From Podarcis melisellensis (lineage: Eukaryota), in assembly GCA_964234715.1 (NCBI GenBank), contig OZ174291.1: DNA of 64,000 nt. The stretch is one strand, 5' to 3'. Numbering within the stretch: position 1 is the stretch's first letter; each line of letters opens with the position of its first letter. A program made the translations under genes and the position numbers. Shown one piece after another: positions 42,815 to 55,155 of this stretch. Below the pieces are notes generated by a model that did no database searches, had not been told where the DNA came from, and saw only the letters and a list, made by a program, of their open reading frames with translations.

Positions 42815-42935
42815 CTGATCATGTACTAGCACCCTTTACTCAACAGAAAATAAAATCCAGGTGGAAACTAAATAAAGGGCTTTTAAAAAGATCAACATGA
42901 TTAAGTGAAAAATATATTAACTAACTATATTTCAC
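42815..42935 (-). other. SFSWAP: Candidate 121-nt poison cassette exon of SFSWAP
   Basis: ctcctcatgttttcAG|GTGAAATATAGTTAG...GATCAG|GTAAGT; stop after VKYS. Confidence 0.4.
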
Positions 42936-44380
42936 CTGAAAACATGAGGAGTTGTTATACACGGCATTTAATTAAGTAGTGAAACTGTGTACTAATTTAT
43001 TAGTCCACCCACTACTATTTTCAAAACTAACCTCATCCACATGTGTAATGAAAATGTGTAAAATGGTTTCCTAGCAACTTTATTCTGCTTTATAAACACG
43101 AACTTGTACTGCAAACTATTCAGTCCAAATAAACTGAAAATACAAAGGCAACTCATGCACAGGGTTCATTTAATGGAACTCTTTGTGTCAGTATGCCACT
43201 TCAAAACGCTGCCTAAAAAAAGGTTATGCTGGGTATCTTTTCAGAGGGCAAAGAGACAACTTGGGCAATTTTTTTTAGCCTTGAATACAATTCTATAGAC
43301 TAAAACATCACAACTTTGCTGGAAGGGCATATGCAGTTTATTTCAACTAGTGGTTTGCATGGCATCTGTGAGAACATGGAGAGTTAATCATCAGTAGCAC
43401 ATAAGACACCAGGAGAAGCTAGCAAAACTCTGCTCCAGCTGCCCCATAATTTGAGTTTACAAGTGGACACTTCACTCAGAGTGCACAATTAAATCCATCC
43501 TACATCTGCTACAGAACAGGTGGATCAATTCTCATATTCATCCTAGAGTATAGCAGTACCCTTTGAGCTTCTAAGGCACCAGCTATCTGTCCCTAATAAA
43601 CAGGCACCCACCCAAACATTCCCCTATGGCCCAAAGTATGGGACATTTCTGACTTTGTGTTTTCTTTGTGTACAGTATTGTGCAAATCCCAGTGAAGCTT
43701 TCAAATCAATAGAAGGGCTATTTGTATGGGTTTCTATCTTTATCTGCTGCTAACCCATGACTCCAGTTGCTGCTCTTTTAGCGCCAAACCTCTCAACAGC
43801 CATAGGCCAGAAAAACCTGCCACAGAGATATCCATGTATATCCAATATCCACATTATATCATAAGCCACTTTGGGAACAAATTTTGGCTGAAAAGAGTAG
43901 CTATAAACAAAGTGAAACAAAAACATGTCAAGGAATTAAACAGGCTTAACATCTCAATTGCAGCATGTTTCATTTTTGACCAGTACATTGCAATATTTGA
44001 TTCTCTTTGATTTAAGATGACCAGCACCTGTTGGAAACTTGGATTTATGCAATCACATACTAAAGTTTCAGAGTTACGATTTTCTTGTTGTGTCTGGCTT
44101 CTATTTATTTACAGAATTTATATCCCCTCCAACAGAGTGCTCAAGGTGGCTTTACTGTACAATAAAAGCAATACAAAAATACGATTAAAACTAAATCACA
44201 GCGGAACAAGAACACCACACCTGGAAGGCAAAAAAAAATCTAAAGATGAGGCAAGCCAAATGGTTCCTATAAAGAAAGGTGACTGTCTGGGTGTTGTTAC
44301 AGGGAAGGCACTTACTTTTGCTTCACACTAGCTGTAGCTCAGCTGGTGATGGAACATGCAACAGGAGATGGTATTTAATG

Positions 44381-44724
44381 TCTAAACCACAGGGCCTAGG
44401 GCTTGCCGATCAGAAGGTCAGCGGTTCGAATCCCCGCGACGGGGTGAGCTCCCATTGTTTGGTCCCTGCTCCTGCCAACCTAGCAGTTTGAAAGCACGTC
44501 AAAGTGCAAGTAGATAAATAGGTACCGCTCTGGCGGGATGGTAAATGGTGTTTCCGTGCGCTGCTCTGGTTCGCCAGAAGCGGCTTAGTCCTGCTGGCCA
44601 CATGACCTGGAAGCTGTCTGCGGACAAAACGCCGGCTCCCTCAGCCAGTAAAGCGAGATAAGCGCTGCAACCCCAGAGTTGTCCGCAACTGGACTTAACG
44701 GTCAGGGGTCCCTTTACCTTTACC
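44381..44724 (+). mobile_element. Sauria SINE, 5' truncated
   Basis: Homologous to the 13456 copy; ggggtccctttacctttacc tail. Confidence 0.85.
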
Positions 44725-45320
44725 CCTAAATCTATTTAGGAGGTTTAAAAGGTAATGACGAGCATCTTATATGCACATGCAAACAATCCAGCATTGAGTA
44801 AAGATGACACAGAAACCAAGTAATATGCTGCTTAAAATTTGCTCTGATCACCAGCGTTTTGTTTTTTAATACTTTTAAAACATGTTCATGGATGAAGGGC
44901 TAGTAACAGCTGCTACCCATGATGGCCAAGCTCTGCCTCAACAGTTGGAGGCAGCACCCATCTTAAAAACCAGTTGCTGGGAATCACAAATAAAGAGTGT
45001 ATTGCTGCTCTCAGGTGTGCCTTTTGGGCATCCCAGAGGCACCTGGTTGCTGGACTAGATGGGTCTGCAGGCTCTTCTTATGTTCTTAATGGCAGACCCG
45101 CATAAAATGAATTGAAGCAACTTAGCCTTTATTACTGGGTTCATAGTTGCATGTTGCTAGCTCCTGCAAGTTGTTTGGCAAGGAAAAGTGGGATATAATT
45201 TTTTAAAAATAAATTTACTAGAGGTGGTTTCTCTGTTCCTGGCTGCTCTAGTCAGGTTCCTATGTACGTAGCATATAAAGCAAGATGTCCCACTGTTGCT
45301 TCCTACTCTTAGAAGCCTAC

Positions 45321-45414
45321 CTTTGAGCTGTCACTGGCCTCTTTCTGAAGGAAAAACTGTTTCTTAAATTCATAGTAGGCATTATACTGGTGCCAAGGTT
45401 GCAGGAACTCAAAC
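45321..45414 (-). CDS. SFSWAP: SFSWAP exon, C-terminal half of second SURP domain ([32 protein letters not shown])
   Basis: Manual translation; acceptor ttaacAG, donor AAG|GTAGGC; 94 nt, phase 2 to 0. Confidence 0.95.
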
Positions 45415-45773
45415 CTGTTAAGGAACAAAAATGCAATTTGTGGAAAAACACACCACAACATAGCAAACATCAACCATCATTTAATATTCCAGTACCCCAA
45501 GCGCTGAAAAGCTATCTGATATTCTGAAATAGAATAATTTATGCCTAAATGCCCAGAAGGTATACATTCAGAAGCACAAGCTTCAAGATTCTTAGGCAAT
45601 AATGCTTTATCATTAACTTCAAGTAGTCCCTTGAATTTTAATAAAACAAATTACAACACATTACACTCAACAGCTTTCTTTGCAAAACAGACTGTCAATA
45701 AGAGAGGGACAAGCTGCTCACTTATACCACATCATAAAATGAAGTAATTAAGAAAAAAGGCACTTGCACTCAC

Positions 45774-45905
45774 CTTAGATCATTCTTGGCACGGACACTG
45801 GTCTCAAATTTAATCCCATTCCTAGCAACATATTCAGCTAACTTGTCAATCACGGGCTGGATGTCTGGAGGTGGGGGGATGATGGTAACCACAGAAGGAA
45901 TTGTG
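45774..45905 (-). CDS. SFSWAP: SFSWAP exon, N-terminal half of second SURP domain ([37 protein letters not shown])
   Basis: SURP motif; acceptor ttttttcAG, donor AG|GTGAGT; 132 nt, phase 2 to 2. Confidence 0.95.
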
Positions 45906-47054
45906 CTGAAAAAATTAGCATTTTATTATTTACATAGGTAGAGAACATAACATGCAGCCCTATTAAGCCAGAGGCGGCACTTACTTTTTAAAAATCACCA
46001 CTGATTTTTAAGTTATGAAATATTTGATCCCCCAAAACGAGCTTATTAAAGAAGCTAGAGCTATCTCTTTTGCATTAGAAAAATCCAGGCAAACATTTAA
46101 AACTTTTTATAATCTGCCTAACATCACTTTATTTGAACAGTTCATTTTGGGGCACCAAGATTTATGGCTTTACAAGGTTTTAAAAGTTTTTCAACTGCAG
46201 TGCCAGGCAGAATGGAGTGAGAGAAATCTGAAGGCCTCTTTAAAACCATTCCAATTTCACAACTTTCATCAGAAAACAGCTGTATATGTGGAAGTTTTCT
46301 GTGAAATCATAAAGGCCAGCAACTTACTTCAGTCCAAAATATTTTCATGCATGCTGGTTTGCACCATTTATACAATCCTGATCCCATTTTACTATACTAT
46401 CATTTTTAATATATTCCACTGTTATAACATGGTAAGGCATTCAGAGAACCTTCACAATAAACAGGAAGAATAACAGAAGTGTTGGGACACCTTTTACAGA
46501 AGTACTAGCATAACCGCTGGTAGATTGTAAGTTGATGAGAATCTAAACAAAAGCCCACTCCTACTTGCGTAATGTGCTCTTAATGCCACACAGCTTATTG
46601 TTTTGCTAAATTAACACACTGACCAAGCAGAGATCAATTTCAAACAAGAAAACATTAGTGCTTGGAACAGATTTCAGACAACGATTAACTAGCTGAGGAT
46701 TTATAATGGGTCCACAGCTACAATGAACTGAACAAACAAAGCTACAAGCCACCGCGGTCAAGGGAAAAAAATGTTTATGTGTACTGAAAATATTAATTTG
46801 AGAACTAGTAAACATAGAAAACACCCCTGAGTATGCCATGCATGAACCAAAGCAAGACAGCAAGGGTATGCTGACCATTTGGTGCTTTTTTCCTTAGACA
46901 CATACCAAAGCCCAAACATCTTAAGGCAGCAGGGAGACATTCTTACTTCCAATGAACATCAATTAACAGCTACAATTCCCGGGGTTCCCTGTGATGAGGG
47001 ATTGTTAAACCACTCTGGGAACTGTAACCCTGGGAAGTAAATAGCAGTCTCCAA

Positions 47055-47420
47055 AACCACTGAGTCTTTGGGCTTGCCAATCAAAAGGTTGGTGGTTCGA
47101 ATCCCCGCGATGGGGTGAGCTTCCGTTGCTCTTTCTCAGCTCCTGCCAACCTAGCAGTTCAAAAGCATGCCAAAAAGTGCAAGTAGATTAATAGGTACCA
47201 CTCCAGCAGGAAGGTAAACTGTGTTTCCGTGCGCTGCTCTGATGATGTCAGTGTTCTGTTGCGCCAGAAGCGGCTTAGTCATGCTGGCCACATGACCCAG
47301 AAAAACTGTCTGCGGAGTGGACAAACACCTGCTACATTGGCCTGTAAAGCGAGATGAACGCCACAACCCCAGAGTTGTTCACAACTGGACTTAACTGTCA
47401 GGGGTCCCTGTACCTTTACC
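47055..47420 (+). mobile_element. Sauria SINE, 5' truncated
   Basis: Homologous to the 13456 copy. Confidence 0.85.
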
Positions 47421-47593
47421 CCTTAACAAGCTACAGCTCCCGGAATTCCATAATGGTGTAAAGTGGCATCACAGTGCTGTAAATGTGTGGTGTCAATGTG
47501 GCCTTTGTTGAACATGACCTGGGATTACCAGAAACCATAGGAAATGGTTTTGCTCAAAGCCAAACTCAAAGGGACAGGCAAAAAATAGGATAC

Positions 47594-47840
47594 CTTGTTG
47601 AAGTAGTCGTGGCAGGCATTACACCACTGGTGTCATCAGTTGCCTCTGAAGATGGCGGTGGTGTAGTGCCAGGAGGAGGTGGTGCTGTCATTGTGGCTAC
47701 TCCAGTAGTGCTAGACACAGTCACTCCTGCTGGTAGTGCATTGTAATAAGTTGCCATGTCAATTCCTGGGGGTGGAGGGGCGAGGCAATATGATCCATCT
47801 GGCAGCATGTAGTAACTGTAATACATGGCTGCCATAGTTG
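47594..47840 (-). CDS. SFSWAP: SFSWAP exon ([25 protein letters not shown]...TTTST), the most 5' exon in the window
   Basis: Matches human [25 protein letters not shown]; acceptor tttttttacAG, donor AG|GTATCC; 247 nt, phase 1 to 2. Confidence 0.95.
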
Positions 47841-48840
47841 CTGTAAAAAAAGGAGTTTATGATCAATAGATCAATATTTCAGGCAGTTTGAAGAGGGAAC
47901 AAAAAAAAAAAAAAAACCAAAAAGGTCCCACAGCCCATCCCCTGCACTGTTGCTACCACAAGTGGAATATCGCTTAAGTTAAAATTTCCAACTTCCTAAT
48001 GCATTATCCATTTTTCTTGTGCAGAAAATGAGAAATAGCATTTTGTCAACACATTCGGGTGAAATGAGGCAGACACATCCAAGGCCAAATGGAAACAGCA
48101 CTGTAGTGAATGAGGAAGTGGAGAGACGTGCAAAGAATCTAAAGAAATTGCCATTTCCCCCCTTTACAACTTAATTCACTTTCGTGTGCCCTTTTAGGTA
48201 TATTAAAGCCATGCTTGCCTGATTAAAATTAGGAAAATGTAGTAGCTTTCTTTCTGACTGTATAAAGTTATACAGCTAGGATTTGGACTTTTCAGCATCA
48301 TTAACATTCTGCACCGAGTAAAGGTACAATTTGCATACATTGCCCAACATGAACAATTTTGCATATAATCCAGTATGTGTCTATTCTGGAGCCCTGTATT
48401 CAACCACTAGAACTCTCCCCAGCATCAATTTCAGAAGGCCTTTCAAGCATGCCTGCACAGTGCTCAAAACTTGCTTTGTATATGCTTATCTCCTATATAT
48501 TTGCTATGCATTTGGATACCTCTTAAAGGATCAAAACAAAATTTTGCAGGTTGTTTCCTGAGATAAAAAAGCAGGGCCACGCTGATCTGGGGTGAGGGTC
48601 TTAGAATTCCTGAACCATGTTAGGTACAATGCCACTAATACATATAAAGGAATCCAAAATTACTACACAGTTTTTATTACTACTTTCAATTAATCAACAA
48701 TACAGAAATGTAGTAGCTACTCTTGTCAAACCTAGTGATTACCCACGGGACGGTTATGATCCCAGCCCCCATCTGAAAAAAGGAAAGGAAAAAGAACAAA
48801 AAGATTTTGGGTAGCTACTCCCAGCCAACAGGAAGAACAA

Positions 48841-48853
48841 GTTGCTAGGAAAC
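48841..48853. promoter_or_regulatory. RFX X-box-like motif GTTGCTAGGAAAC
   Basis: Close match to the RFX palindromic consensus; 47 nt upstream of a plus-strand donor TAG|GTGAGC. Confidence 0.35.
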
Positions 48854-49474
48854 AAGTGTTAACAGCCAGCCCTTTCTGGTTAGACAGAAATGTTTGTTAG
48901 GTGAGCATTTTGGATGATTATGAGAGGACCTAGAGAAGTAATCAGATTGGGGAGAATAAGGAGTAGGTTAAGAAACAAAAAAGGTGACAGTGCAGGGATT
49001 TGAAACCTACTACTATAGTAACTTTAACAATTGGTACTGCAAACTAGTTTTGACATGAGTTGGCCACCTTAGTGCAAAACAAATTTTGGGAACCCTTTTC
49101 ATGGGTGTCAAAGTCAATTTTGCTAAAATGTCAAGAATGAAATTATAAAAGTGCACTATTCAGTCACTTTGGAACCAGCAAGGGTTTCCAAATAATCCTC
49201 CCTTCCTTGTCTATTATGTCCAGACTTGTATGCATGCTCTGATTCCATGCAGGCACATAAAAAGTGCAGGATTCATTGCTCTAAAAATCCCAGACTTCCC
49301 TTAGCTTTCCAGCCCTTGTGGTTGCCAAAAAAAATGAAATAAATAAAAATTAAGATGCATGGGATGTGCTTTCCAAACTCTCCAAAGCCAGAGGGATGGC
49401 TGATTAACTGTTCTTGTTTTGTGGGTCGAGTCCTGGTGCCCTGCCCTGCTTCCTGTTCCCCTTCTCATCTCTAG

Positions 49475-49534
49475 CAAAACCAGAATAACATATGCTCCAG
49501 GATAAGTAACCTAACCTAAGTAATGACTATGTAG
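49475..49534 (+). ncRNA. Candidate 60-nt non-coding exon, antisense to SFSWAP
   Basis: cttcctgttccccttctcatctctAG acceptor, TAG|GTGAGT donor; stops in all three frames. Confidence 0.4.
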
Positions 49535-50884
49535 GTGAGTAAAATACATTAGAATCATACATTAAACAGACTGACTTTTTATTGTTTTACTTTGGTACCA
49601 GGCATGCCTACTGTACAGCTGTTTCTTCTGACATTAATATTGGTTTGATAAAAGCTAGGTGGCTGAAGCCCTATGATTTGAATCACCAGGAATCATGTAA
49701 GGTATACTTCTCACTAGGAACTTAATTTTCATCCCATGTTGGCTTGTATCCTCAGGTTGCTAAAGCAGCTGATACTGGTGTTAGTTGGTGTTGCCCTCTT
49801 TTCCCACAGGGCAGTTGATTGTGATTTTGTCAGTGAGACAGAAAGTTACCTGTCAAGTTGGTTTGAAAATGTGTTATTCAACTTAGCTTAAGCTAGACTG
49901 CTTAGAAGTCAGAGTGGGAAAATGTTTGATTTCTTCCTAAAAGCCTTGAAATTTTGATGCATCAGCTCTGGATGGTTCTGAAACATGTATTGGGCTTTAT
50001 TTTATGTTTAAGGCTTCAAGGTACCCTTTGTTTGCTTAAAATTCTCATGGAAACCTCACAGATTGGAGAAAGCTTGATTAACAAGCAATAAGATATGTCA
50101 TAAGCTGCCCTGGGAGAAATTTGATGAAGGGCATATAGAAATACTTTAAATAAAAATAGGTAAGTGTGTCAGGTTTGTTGTTGGCATATATAGCCTTTCT
50201 GTGCTATGGCTGCTAGCTTTACTTCAAGGAAAACTGGTTCCCCTGGAATCCAGTAGTTAAAGCATGAAGCCTCATTCCTTTCCAGGCAGAAGTTGTAGCA
50301 TTATTACATTTTGGGGCAAATTGTTTTTGTCTGCATCTTTCCTTGACAAGCTTATGAGCGTAACAGCTGAAGGCTGACCTTTTTCTCATCTCTTAAAATG
50401 AAGTTTCTAGATGACTTGGTACTGGTAAATTCAATTCATTTTAAGATGCTGGGCATGGATCAGTCTCTTGTGACTCCACATTGCTTACTTTAAAGGAATG
50501 TGGTAGAGATGTGATTATCTTTGAGCAGGGAAATCCTTAAGCAGCAATTGGGCTGTTCAGATAAGACAATTTTGAGTGGGAAACTCATCATACTCGATAT
50601 ATGAAAGATAGATAATGTCAGAGTGCGCACAGAAGTTTTAGGTTTCCTGCAGGATTTTTCAGTAACTTGAGTTATATTTGAGTAAAGGATATACTCCTAA
50701 TACCCACCTTCCCCCCTCCCAAAAGCAGCTGCAGCAAAAATTATCATTTGGTAGAGAAAGAGATGTTTGGGTTTTTTAAATGACCAATATGTGGGGAAGT
50801 GCTGATGGCAACAGTCACAAAATGGCTGCGATGGGGAGCATGGCATAATACAAAATCAGAGAGACAGCCACCCATGACGAATTC

Positions 50885-51321
50885 TGGACACAATTTGAGA
50901 AGGATATTGACAACCTAGAACATGAACGGAAGAGGGTGACCAAGATGAAAAAGGGTCCAGAAACCAAGCATCGTGAGGTTGAGGGAACCTGGGTATGTTT
51001 AGTCTAGTAAAGAAGAGTCTGAGAGGAGATTATAGAATCATAGAGTTGGAAAAGACCACGAGGGTCATCTAGTCCAACCTCCTGAAATGCAGGAATCTTT
51101 CGCCAAACATGGGGTTCGAACCCTGAAATTAAGAGTCTCAACAATGGAACAGACTCACACAAGAGGTGATGGACTCTTGTTCCTTGGAGGTTTTAAAGCA
51201 GAGATTGAATGGCCACCTGTCATGTATGATCTAGTTGAGATTCCTGAATCGCGGGGGGGGGGGGGGTGGACTAGCGGACTCACAGGGTCTCTTCCAACTC
51301 TACAATTCTGTGATTCTATGA
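50885..51321 (+). mobile_element. CR1 LINE 3' fragments, with an antisense CR1 end at about 51031-51085
   Basis: gggtatgtttagtctagtaaagaagag and ttccaactctacaattctgtgattctatga CR1 terminus. Confidence 0.7.
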
Positions 51322-51886
51322 GCCTTATCATAGGAAGTCAGCTATGTCCTGTTGGTCCTGATAACATAATATTGATTTTACACGTACACACACACTTGCT
51401 GTAATTGTGTTGTAGCAACACGGAGCTTCCCCACATCCAGGATCACCACATCACACTCATTCTCATTTCACAGAAATCACTTAGAAGGTACCTGCACATT
51501 TCTTTAGGGGCTAGAGATTTACTTTAAGAATCAAATAAAAAGAAAGCTTAGGGTCTGGAGCCCCTGCCCATGATCAGAAGTGAAAGCCTTTGCAGGTCTC
51601 ATTGCATCTATGGGCACTGGGTTGGTGAAAAGTTACTTTCGCACCATGTTTTTGATGATCCCCTTTAACTGGAGATGCCAGGACTGGGCCTGGGACCTTC
51701 TGTGTGCAAAGCATGTATTCTGCCACTGAGAGATGGCTTTGTAATGTCAAGTGACAACGGATTATGAGTGGATATTTGCTGAATGACTGTTATTTAATCG
51801 GGAAACTTTTTTTAAAAAATAGTTTTTGAGTTAATGTTTGTTTGCAGTAGCAGAGTATTGGCTATGTAAGTTATTTAAAAACTGTA

Positions 51887-52094
51887 CAGTGGTACCTTGG
51901 GTTAAGAACCTAATTCATTCCAGAGGTCCGTTCTTAACCTGAAGACCACTTTAGCTAATGGGGCCTCTCGCTGCCGCTGCGCCACTGCTGCACGATTTCT
52001 GTTCTCATCCCGAAGCAAAGTTCTTAACCTGAGGTACTTTTTCTGGGTTAGTGGAGTCTGTAACCTGAAGCGTCTGTAACCTGAGGTACCACTG
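51887..52094. mobile_element. Tigger-like MITE, family A
   Basis: Same TIRs, TA TSD. Confidence 0.88.
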
Positions 52095-55027
52095 TAGTCT
52101 GTTCTCCCTCTTCCACCAACGTTCAGTTTTATTCAATAATTCAGTGTTACTGTGTTTGCACTATAGATGTCAAAGTAGCCAACTCACCATACAAAATTCT
52201 ACTTTTTATACTTTTCTATTGCTAATTCCACTTTTTGTTATATTGCTGTGTGCTCAGTTGTACAGATATCTCACATCTTACGCTTATTTAACTTGCATGA
52301 TCGCAGCTTACATGAAGAAGCGGAAAATAATTAAATGAATGGAGGCTGGAAGAAACCCATTCTCCATTTGCTTGTTTCCACATGCCCCTACAAAGGTACG
52401 ATCACAGGCTTACCCAGCTTAGGGAAGCCAGTGCAAGGGCTCTGGCAAGGTGGGAGGACTCCAGGATGTTGCCTTCTTCCCAAAGCTGGGAAAGCACTTA
52501 CAGGACTTTGGGAAGGAGGTGAGAGGACTCCAGGACGCTGCCAGAGCCTTTACGAATCCTCTCCCAAGCTGAGCATGTGCCTTCCCGAAGCCAGCTAAGT
52601 AGCCCTCCTTGCTGGGGGCAGGAAGGGTGGTTCTGCAGGTTTCAGACTTTAGGCATTTTTGCGAGTATGCATGGCTTCTCATTAGCAAATGGTCACATAA
52701 GATAGAAATTACCTGTACTCAGTTGTTGGTTGTGTTTTTCCAATAGTTGTATTTATTAACTCAGGAACATAATCTTTTTTTTTGGAGGGGGGAGGGTGTG
52801 TCTCCCTGTTGCCCAGTTTGAGAAGCTGTAGTTCAAATGAATCAATTTCCACGAGCAACAACTGCTTTCAGTGACATACTAGTTCACAAATGAGGAATTC
52901 CTACATGCATATTTAATTGAATAGCACGTTAACAGCTGTGAACTTAAAGGTCCTTTTTTTGTCTCAGGAGGGTACATACCTTCATTTCTTTTGTGCCTGT
53001 AAAATGCATGAATTATGCAGACCTTTCGCTACTCATGACAGTAGGGAGATTATTCCATAAACAGCTGGGCTATTTTATATTGGCGTTCCTGTAACAGGTA
53101 GCAGTGATGATAAAATAACAAAATGCTTGCAAACATGGACATTTTAGTCATGTCAAGCTTTGACACTGGGCTCATTTGTACTTTCCCATCCTGTTTGCCT
53201 TCTATCTTTTTGAGTCCTGAGATGCAGCTGCATTTAACTCACCAGGAGGGTGTTAGCTATGCACTTTGTTTTGGAGGTGTATAGTTTCAAATTTCTAGGA
53301 ATTCTGGGGGTACTCCTAGAGCCAGATTGCTTGATGAAAGAACAGCAATGAAAACCTGTGGCCCTCAATATTTTTTTCCTATAGTGCTTAGTTCTAGGGA
53401 AATACTGGACATTTTCTAGAGAGCACACCAGTAGAGCCCAACTTGCCTGGCTGTCATCCCACACAGATTGGGAGTACAACCTTGATCACCTTCAGAATCC
53501 TTGACAGTGTAAACTGTGTTATAGTTTAAACTTTTCGTATGATTGAAAGTTTTATGACTTGCTAGGTCTTCTTTTATTAAATATGCATATATGATGTGGC
53601 CTAGTGACATTTTTTTTTACACCAAAGCATTTGTTAATTGCTCCTTAAAACTACAGGTTTTAAGTTTAAACCCAGATTTCAAGCAGTATTCCTTTACTGC
53701 GGCACACTCTCTATTCCCACCCTCTTTTCTGAAGTATTCTTGAAGAATTTTAAGTCTGAGAAGGTGCCACATGAAAGAGATTGAAGTGTTACAATTTAAG
53801 ATTTCAGTTTCCCATTTGCCATTGAGCAATATTCTCTTAAGTCACTTTTTAAATAGTTTTTGTTTTGTTATTTTTAAAAAATGCAGTTTAACAGAGTGAT
53901 TACTGGAAGATCCCTTGTACTAGGTCAGACTATTAGTCATTCTAGTCCAGGGTTGTCTACTCTGACCACCAGCAACACTTCCAAGTCTGAGGCGGAGGAA
54001 GGATCATTCCCATAGTTTGCCACCTGATCCTTCTACTGGAGGTGCCTGAGACTTAAACTAGTACCTTCTGCAAGGAAAGCAGGTGATTTACCACTGAATT
54101 ATGGCCTCTCTGTTGAAAACACATGCCTTTTGTACAATTCACCATGAATGTTGTAATGTTCCTGATGAAGATGGGTGTGTGCACATGCACAAGAGCTAAG
54201 AACACACCCATTTAATTAAGTGCGCTAAGCAAAACAATTCGCTAGTATGTATACAAATGCTTTGTTCCCCAAATACAGCATGGTGTCAAGCTAAGCTCTG
54301 CAGAGTTAACAGTAGAAGGCAATCTCATGCTGTGCCATGTTGACAAACCTACATCTGCTGAGTTCTGATAAAAATTAAGTCTCAGAAGCAAAATAATTTT
54401 CAAAGAGAGAGAGAGAAAAAATCCCCCTTTGGGCTAAAGTGTGCCATACTTCTAATAGTAAGAAAAAGGTGAACACTGGACAAGAAGCCTTTTACAGGCA
54501 ACAACATACACCAGCAATGAGTTATTGGCACTCGAATGCAACTCTGGGCTGTGAATGATTAGAGACAAAAGGAATTAACAAATACTTATTTGCCCTTTTT
54601 AAGAGGAGGGGCACAACTTAATTTTCAGTGTTTTCATCAAGGAAATCATCAGGGTAAATTGGTTTGAGTACAGCACACTTTAACACCCCATCAAATCCAG
54701 TAAGACATCACCAAAATGTTAACTGAATCCACATAGCAAGTCTTCTTCTTTGGCGATCACTCGTAGCCGAGTAAGGTTGTCTTCCATAAACACAGTTTTA
54801 ACAATGAGTCCGTAAGTGACTGTGGAGGCCAATTCTGGATCTATCAAAATATTACCATTAGGAAGGGGAGATGCTGTAACTTGGTATCTGTGTTTCTATT
54901 TTGTTTCCTCCTCTCTCCCCTTTTTCATTTGGTGACATCTCTTTTAAATTTAACTCTGAGGGAAGGCACTGTTTGCTTTCTATTGATCTCAACTTTTTAT
55001 TAATTTCAACCAGGGAAAAATTTGAAG

Positions 55028-55155
55028 CAGTGCTTCTCAAACCTGGATCCCCAGCTGTTGTTGGACTACAACTCTTATCATCCATAGCTAGAAGACCAGT
55101 GGTCAGAGATGATGTAGTCCAACAATAGTTGGGGACCCAAGTTTGAGAAACACTG
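55028..55155. mobile_element. hAT-like MITE (related remnants at about 4410, 8507, 17810 and 35540)
   Basis: TIR cagtgcttctcaaac / gtttgagaaacactg; ggactacaactc core. Confidence 0.7.
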
